Shown one piece after another: positions 46,428-51,214 of a DNA stretch of 51,214 bases. Source of the DNA: an uncultured Bacteroidota bacterium (lineage in GTDB: Bacteria > Bacteroidota > Bacteroidia > UBA4408); NCBI GenBank assembly GCA_903842515.1, contig CAIMMJ010000362.1, forward strand, positions 1 to 51,214, read 5' to 3'. The position numbers and the translations under genes were made by a program. The notes under the pieces were generated by a model, which ran no database searches, was not told the origin of the DNA, and was given only the letters and a program-made list of their open reading frames with translations. The number at the start of each line of letters is the position of its first letter. Position 1 is the stretch's first letter.

Positions 46428-47708
46428 ATGAATTTAAAAAAAGCTTTTTCATTTCTTCTCGTTGTGCTTGTTTTTGCGGGTTGTTTAAATCCCGGGAAAT
46501 CATTGAAAACAGCTGGAAAAAAATTTAACTCCAACGATGCTCCTGTAATTCGTGCAAAGTTTTTTGTTTACCATGTTGATGAAAAAACCTCAGAGATATT
46601 TTTTAGAATAAGCACTTTAAGTTTGTTGTATATGCGACAAAATTCAAATGATAACTTTGTTTCTACCTTAAAGCTTAACTATAAATTAAGCGATAAAATT
46701 GTTTCTAAAGTTGTAAGTGATTCTGCGTCATTTATAATTAGAGATACTGTTATTGATAAAAAGGGAGACTTTATTGAAGGAAAATTCTCTGTGAATTGTC
46801 TTTACGGAAAAAATAATGAAGTAGAAATTATGTTAACTGACATCAACAGAAAATCGAGTTTTCCTTTTTTTGTTTCAATTCAGAAAGAAAGAAAAAGTCA
46901 ACGACAAAATTTCTTTGTAGCTAAAGCAAGTGCACCTTCTTCGCCCTTGTATAACTACAATTGCAATGCAGGTGATTTGTTAAACATTCATTTTGACAAA
47001 GACAGTAGTTTAGAAAAAATACAAGTTCGTTTCTATAAACGAGAATTTGGATTGCCTCTTCCACCCTTTGCAACACAAGAACAAAAGGCATTTGACTACA
47101 AAGCAGATTCTGTTTTTACAATTTATTTGGATAAAAATTTTAATTCAAAATTACCAATAATCTCTAACGGTTTTTACCATTTGGTTACGGATACACAATC
47201 AACAATTGGATTAACGGTTTTTTGTAACAACGATTATTTCCCTCAAAATAACGTGCCTAATTTAATGTACAAACCCATGAGGTATATTACCACAAAACAA
47301 GAGTTTGCAGAAATTGAAAACAGCAAGATCATAAAAGATGCGATAGATAGCTATTGGCTAAAATGTAGTGGTAGCAAAGAAAGAGCTAAGCAAGTAATAA
47401 AAGTGTTTTACAACAGAACCTACCTAAGCAACGAATATTTTTCTTCTTACGACATGGGTTGGAAAACCGACAGAGGATTAATTTATATAGTTTTTGGAAG
47501 CCCTACTAACATATACAAAGACAATGTTTCGGAAGTGTGGGTGTATGGCGAGGAAAACTCTGTAAGGTCACTAAACTTTACATTTACAAAAGTTATAAAT
47601 CCTTTTTCTGACAACGATTATTCGTTGAACAGATCTGAAGCTTACAAAGATTCTTGGTACAGAGTGGTTGAGGGATGGCGACAAGGAAGATTGATTAATG
47701 AAAAGTAA
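46428..47708 (+). CDS. GWxTD domain-containing lipoprotein
   Basis: 426 aa. Lipobox LLVVLVFAGC and a C-terminal GWKTDRGLIYIVFGSPTNIY...VWVY motif, the eponymous GWxTD signature. It starts 6 nt after the upstream stop. Confidence 0.8.
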   Translation: MNLKKAFSFLLVVLVFAGCLNPGKSLKTAGKKFNSNDAPVIRAKFFVYHVDEKTSEIFFRISTLSLLYMRQNSNDNFVSTLKLNYKLSDKIVSKVVSDSASFIIRDTVIDKKGDFIEGKFSVNCLYGKNNEVEIMLTDINRKSSFPFFVSIQKERKSQRQNFFVAKASAPSSPLYNYNCNAGDLLNIHFDKDSSLEKIQVRFYKREFGLPLPPFATQEQKAFDYKADSVFTIYLDKNFNSKLPIISNGFYHLVTDTQSTIGLTVFCNNDYFPQNNVPNLMYKPMRYITTKQEFAEIENSKIIKDAIDSYWLKCSGSKERAKQVIKVFYNRTYLSNEYFSSYDMGWKTDRGLIYIVFGSPTNIYKDNVSEVWVYGEENSVRSLNFTFTKVINPFSDNDYSLNRSEAYKDSWYRVVEGWRQGRLINEK

Positions 47709-47725
47709 AAACAAGCAAAATAGGA

Positions 47726-48487
47726 ATGAGAGATAATTTTAGAAAAAAAGAAAAAGACGAAGATTTTATTTTTGGAATTCACCCTGTTTTGGAGGCGTTA
47801 AAAGCTGGAAAACCATTTGAAAAATTACTCTTGCAAACTCCATTTGAAAGCGCTGGAATTAAAGAAGTAATAAAACTTTCTAAAGAAAATAATATAGAGT
47901 ACAAAAGCGTTCCTGCAATAGTTTTAGACAGGTTAACAACAAAAAATCATCAAGGTGTAATTGCTTACCTATCTCCTGTAGAATTTTATGACTTAGAAGA
48001 AATTGTTACATCCGTTTTTGAAAAGGGGAAAGATCCTCTGATTTTAATTTTAGATAAAATAACTGACGTAAGAAATTTTGGTGCAATTGCAAGAACTGCA
48101 GAATGCTTTGGTGTAGATGCTATTCTTGTCCCAAACCAAGGTGGTGCAAGAATTGGATCTGATGCCATAAAAACATCAGCAGGTGCTTTGTTAAAAATTC
48201 CAATTTGCAAGTCAGCAAACTTAAAATTAAGCTTATTGCTTTTGCAGCAATTGGGTTTTAAAATAGGTGCAGCAACAGAAAAATCTACTTCTATTTGTTA
48301 CCAACAAGATCTCTCCGGACCATTGGCATTAATTATGGGTTCAGAAGAATTAGGAGTTTCTAAAGAGTATTTAAAATTAAGTTCACATTCTTTGAGAATA
48401 CCTTTAGTGGGCGAAATTGCTTCGTTAAATGTATCAGTTGCCGCTGGAATTCTGCTCTATGAAATTCATAAGCAAAGAACGATTTAA
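47726..48487 (+). CDS. rlmB: 23S rRNA (guanosine2251-2'-O)-methyltransferase RlmB (SpoU/TrmH family)
   Basis: 253 aa. N-terminal substrate-binding domain (IFGIHPVLEAL), SPOUT motifs DKITDVRNFGAIARTAECFG, LIMGSEELGVS, IPLVGEIASLNVSVAAGILLYE. Confidence 0.9.
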   Translation: MRDNFRKKEKDEDFIFGIHPVLEALKAGKPFEKLLLQTPFESAGIKEVIKLSKENNIEYKSVPAIVLDRLTTKNHQGVIAYLSPVEFYDLEEIVTSVFEKGKDPLILILDKITDVRNFGAIARTAECFGVDAILVPNQGGARIGSDAIKTSAGALLKIPICKSANLKLSLLLLQQLGFKIGAATEKSTSICYQQDLSGPLALIMGSEELGVSKEYLKLSSHSLRIPLVGEIASLNVSVAAGILLYEIHKQRTI

Positions 48488-48496
48488 ATTAATGCT

Positions 48497-50296
48497 GTGA
48501 TTTTTTCTGAAGATAAAAAAATCCGAATTTTTTATTTAGCACTATCATTTTCTTCACTTTTATTTATTTCTGTAAGAATTTATACTAACAAAGAAAAATT
48601 GTTTGTAATTGATGGCGATGGAAGAGGTTACTATTCATACCTGCCAGCCATTTTTTTACAAAATGATTTGTCGTGGTCTAAATTAGAGGAATACTGTCCA
48701 AAGGAAAGACAAACTTTTTTAAACGATGTAAACAGTAAAAAGTTAAATAAGTATTCATTTGGAACATCTTTGTTGATGCTTCCGTTTTTTTTAATAGCCT
48801 ATTTTTTATCCATTGTTCTTGGATTAAATGGTGATGGAAATAACTTTCTTTTTCACTTCTTTATCTCTATTGCTGCTTTGTTTTACTTTTTAGCTGGAAT
48901 TTATTTTTCTATTCGAAGTTTGTTGCTTTTTAGCAAAAATTCAAAGGCAATTATCTCTGCAATTTCAGCAATTATTTTAGGAACTTCCATTTTGTTTTAT
49001 ACCTTTTTTGAATGTTCATTAAGCCACGTTTATTCGTTTTGTTGCATAAGTGGATTTGGATTTTTTACGAGTATATTCTTTAAGGAAAACAATAAAAAAC
49101 AGTTGTTGATTGCTTCATTATTTCTTTTTTTGATAGTTGTAATAAGGCCATTTAATATAGTTGTTATTGCTTCAATTCCATTTTTGTTTTTCCAATCTAT
49201 TAAATCAAGTGATGATTTTTATACTATTAAAAAGGTTGGAAATTATTTTGCAATTTCAGTTTTTATTGCCCTCTCAATTTTGTTGTTGTTTAATTTTTTG
49301 CAGTGTAGAACTATTGTTTTAAAAACATATTCTAACGAAGGATTTAATTTTTTTAATCCTGAGTTTTTTAATTTTTTGTTTAGCGCCAGAAAAGGTTTGT
49401 TTTTTTATTCTCCAATTTTATTGATTGCATTTATAACTACCATTGTTTTTGTAGTAAAAAAGCAATTGAAATTTAGTTTATTGTTTGTCTTTTTTATTGT
49501 TCTTTTTTATTTGTTTAGTGCTTGGTGGAATTGGTTTTATGGCGATAGTTTTGGGCAAAGAGTAGTGGTTGATTATTACTTTTTCTTTTTGTTTCCTATG
49601 ACTCATTTTTTTGAGTTTGTGTTTTTATCTCTTCCAAAAAAAATAATTTTCGGAGCAACTATTTGGCTTTTGGGGATATTAAATTTAGTCCAAACTTGGC
49701 AAGTTGCTAATGGCATTCTTCCACTTGACGGTATAACATTAGAGAAGTATAATTATCTGTTTTTAAAAACGGATAAAAAATATGCGGGACTCATGGGGGA
49801 GGAAGCGATTCCATCATTTGGAAAAATTGTAGAACCTAAGTTATTTTTTATAGAAGAGAATTTTGATTTAGAAAAAAATATTTTTAACCACTCCCTAATT
49901 TTAGAGGATAAAAAAAATTTAAACAATAGAATTGCTTTAGTAGATAGTAATTATCAATTTGCATTTACTGCCTCGCATAAATTAACAAAACAAAAAATGT
50001 TTTCAAGGCTATACATAACTCTTGAATTTGACTATCTTGACGAAACAATATTAAGTGCAAAAGATTTAGTAATTGTGTTTACTATTACCGATTCCAATTC
50101 AAAAAATTTATATTACTACCCTACTATGCTAATGGATTTTCCCAATGTAACTAGTGGTTGGCACCACAGAAAATTGAGCAACGAAATAAAGGAAACTATC
50201 CAAAGTGGAAACACCTTATCTGTGTATTTTTATAATCCAAAAGGCAAAAGAATTTTAATAGACAATTATAGAATTTTAGTTCAAGGTTTAGAGTAA
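48497..50296 (+). CDS. Polytopic membrane protein (GT-C glycosyltransferase-like N-terminal ~400 aa) with a ~190-aa soluble C-terminal domain
   Basis: 599 aa, GTG start 9 nt after the rlmB stop. The first loop carries an acidic motif, IDGDGRGYYSYLP. More than 10 hydrophobic helices follow, and the C-terminal third is hydrophilic. The family is not recognised with confidence. Confidence 0.55.
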   Translation: MIFSEDKKIRIFYLALSFSSLLFISVRIYTNKEKLFVIDGDGRGYYSYLPAIFLQNDLSWSKLEEYCPKERQTFLNDVNSKKLNKYSFGTSLLMLPFFLIAYFLSIVLGLNGDGNNFLFHFFISIAALFYFLAGIYFSIRSLLLFSKNSKAIISAISAIILGTSILFYTFFECSLSHVYSFCCISGFGFFTSIFFKENNKKQLLIASLFLFLIVVIRPFNIVVIASIPFLFFQSIKSSDDFYTIKKVGNYFAISVFIALSILLLFNFLQCRTIVLKTYSNEGFNFFNPEFFNFLFSARKGLFFYSPILLIAFITTIVFVVKKQLKFSLLFVFFIVLFYLFSAWWNWFYGDSFGQRVVVDYYFFFLFPMTHFFEFVFLSLPKKIIFGATIWLLGILNLVQTWQVANGILPLDGITLEKYNYLFLKTDKKYAGLMGEEAIPSFGKIVEPKLFFIEENFDLEKNIFNHSLILEDKKNLNNRIALVDSNYQFAFTASHKLTKQKMFSRLYITLEFDYLDETILSAKDLVIVFTITDSNSKNLYYYPTMLMDFPNVTSGWHHRKLSNEIKETIQSGNTLSVYFYNPKGKRILIDNYRILVQGLE

Positions 50297-50385
50297 TTAA
50301 ATTTGAACTCTAATGCTTAATTCTTTTAGTTGTTTTTCGTTTACAATTTCAAAAAAATTAGGTTAAGAATAAATGCAGAGTTGAG

Positions 50386-50751
50386 TTATATTTCAATTAG
50401 AATTAATTCCAGCTCTTTAATTTTAGAAAATTCTTTGTCTGCGGTAACCAATGGAAGATTGTAAATTAAACTAGTAGCAGCAATAATTGAGTCAGGTAAT
50501 TTTAATTTGTATTTTCGTTTTAGTTGAATGGTTTGCTCTTTTAATTTAGTACTCCATTCTATTTGAAAGCAATCATTAAGGAGTAACAAAAGTTTTGATT
50601 CCTCAAATTTTGAAAGCCCTTGAAAACCTAATAACTCAATTTCTGAAATAAATGATATGCCTAAATCATATTCTATAAAAGGTTCAACAATTTTATTTCC
50701 TTCATGTAGGTAGATAAGGAAATTAGTATCTGCTATAAAATCAATCTTCAT
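50386..50751 (-). CDS. vapC: PIN-domain toxin (VapC family, type II TA)
   Basis: 121 aa. N-terminal FIADTNFLIY (first acidic PIN residue), SEIELLG, a late DSIIAAT and TADKEF. Confidence 0.8.
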   Translation of the reverse strand: MKIDFIADTNFLIYLHEGNKIVEPFIEYDLGISFISEIELLGFQGLSKFEESKLLLLLNDCFQIEWSTKLKEQTIQLKRKYKLKLPDSIIAATSLIYNLPLVTADKEFSKIKELELILIEI

Positions 50752-50908
50752 TTTCTCTTAAAGAGGTTTGGTATTTTAAACCATCAATATTTCTTTTGAG
50801 TTTTCCAAAATGTTTAGAAAGACTTCCCTTTTTTGAAGATTTCTTTAATTTATCACTAAGAATTTTAGTAGATTTCTTTAAGTTTGATTTATCAATAACA
50901 ATTGTCAT
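50741..50908 (-). CDS. VapB-like antitoxin (55 aa), not in the supplied ORF track
   Basis: Hand translation of the minus strand from ATG 50908 gives MTIVIDKSNLKKSTKILSDKLKKSSKKGSLSKHFGKLKRNIDGLKYQTSLRENED*. The TGA at 50743-50741 overlaps the vapC start by 11 nt (AATGAAGATTGA). The ...HFGKLKR.IDGL.YQ..LR.E motif resembles small Bacteroidota VapB-type antitoxins as I recall them. Confidence 0.6.
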   Translation of the reverse strand: MTIVIDKSNLKKSTKILSDKLKKSSKKGSLSKHFGKLKRNIDGLKYQTSLRENED

Positions 50909-51165
50909 GACTCACTAATTTTATTCAAATATAAATAATTATTTCATGTGGTTTATTACGTTTAGCTCATATAAAAGTATAAGATATGAAATTATTTTTT
51001 GCACCTTTTTATAAAACTTAATTTAATAGGGTGAAAACAACACGTGAAATTTATTTTGTTTGATGTAAAAATAAAGTGTAGATTAAAACTTCTTTGGACA
51101 GTAAAAACAAAGAAATTGAGGTTACTAGAGACAATAAAGGAAATAAAAGTGCAATTTGCTGAAAT

Positions 51166-51199
51166 AAAAAACCACCAACCAAGGCTTCGCTTTTGATGG
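51166..51199 (-). terminator. Rho-independent terminator for a minus-strand transcript entering from beyond the right edge
   Basis: The minus strand reads CCATCAAAAGCGAAGCCTTGGTTGGTGG followed by TTTTTT. The outer stem is CCATCAA/TTGGTGG (one G-U pair), the inner mini-hairpin is GCGAAGC, and the T-run corresponds to the plus-strand A-run at 51166-51171. Confidence 0.5.
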
Positions 51200-51214
51200 A
51201 TTGCATGGTCCAAT

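Noticed and set aside
46201-46503. 100-aa minus-strand ORF spanning the junction of the GATase1-like and GWxTD genes
   Set aside because: It overlaps the ends of two co-oriented ORFs that have signal peptides and family motifs, and it has no recognisable features.
50992-51213. 73-aa minus-strand ORF at the right edge
   Set aside because: It reads through a predicted intrinsic terminator (51166-51199). It starts at a TTG at the window edge and is a low-complexity F/I/N/S-rich peptide.

Overview
This is an AT-rich chromosomal segment from a Bacteroidota bacterium, probably Flavobacteriia- or Cytophagia-like. The taxon call rests on three cargo proteins with T9SS C-terminal sorting domains (two type A, one type B), TAnnTTTG promoter-like boxes, and families such as DUF349, GWxTD, DUF2279 and DUF885. 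Most of the window is ordinary, tightly packed housekeeping DNA. It includes enolase and citrate synthase, MiaB, TrmD and L19, SerC, NadB, RlmB, proline dehydrogenase, a fused E1 alpha/beta 2-oxoacid dehydrogenase, MutS2, an M20 dipeptidase, a DAACS symporter, SCO1, NifU and OsmC. I found no rRNA, tRNA, CRISPR array, integrase, transposase, cas genes or recognisable biosynthetic or defence operon. The accessory or unusual parts are: (1) at the left end, an intergenic repeat array built from phased CTTTGTG heptamers, a GC-rich palindrome and a conserved hairpin box, split by a 914-bp cassette carrying a ParE/RelE-type toxin-antitoxin pair. (2) A PNK-like P-loop gene directly upstream of a MutS2 that lacks its Smr nuclease domain. 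(3) A 1197-aa type-B T9SS adhesin. (4) A 2509-aa type-A T9SS mosaic protein with GEVED, four CUB-like, four FN3-like, two CARDB-like, Ig-like and PKD modules, containing a near-perfect 219-bp tandem duplication and preceded by a small Lys-rich secreted protein. (5) A terminator-bounded, tightly spaced four-gene cluster: a secreted glutamine-amidotransferase-like protein, a GWxTD lipoprotein, RlmB and a large polytopic membrane protein. (6) A VapC toxin whose 55-aa antitoxin ORF is missing from the supplied ORF track. My best candidates for undescribed biology are the repeat array with its TA cassette and the secreted GATase1-like/GWxTD pair. Neither can be shown to be novel from sequence alone.
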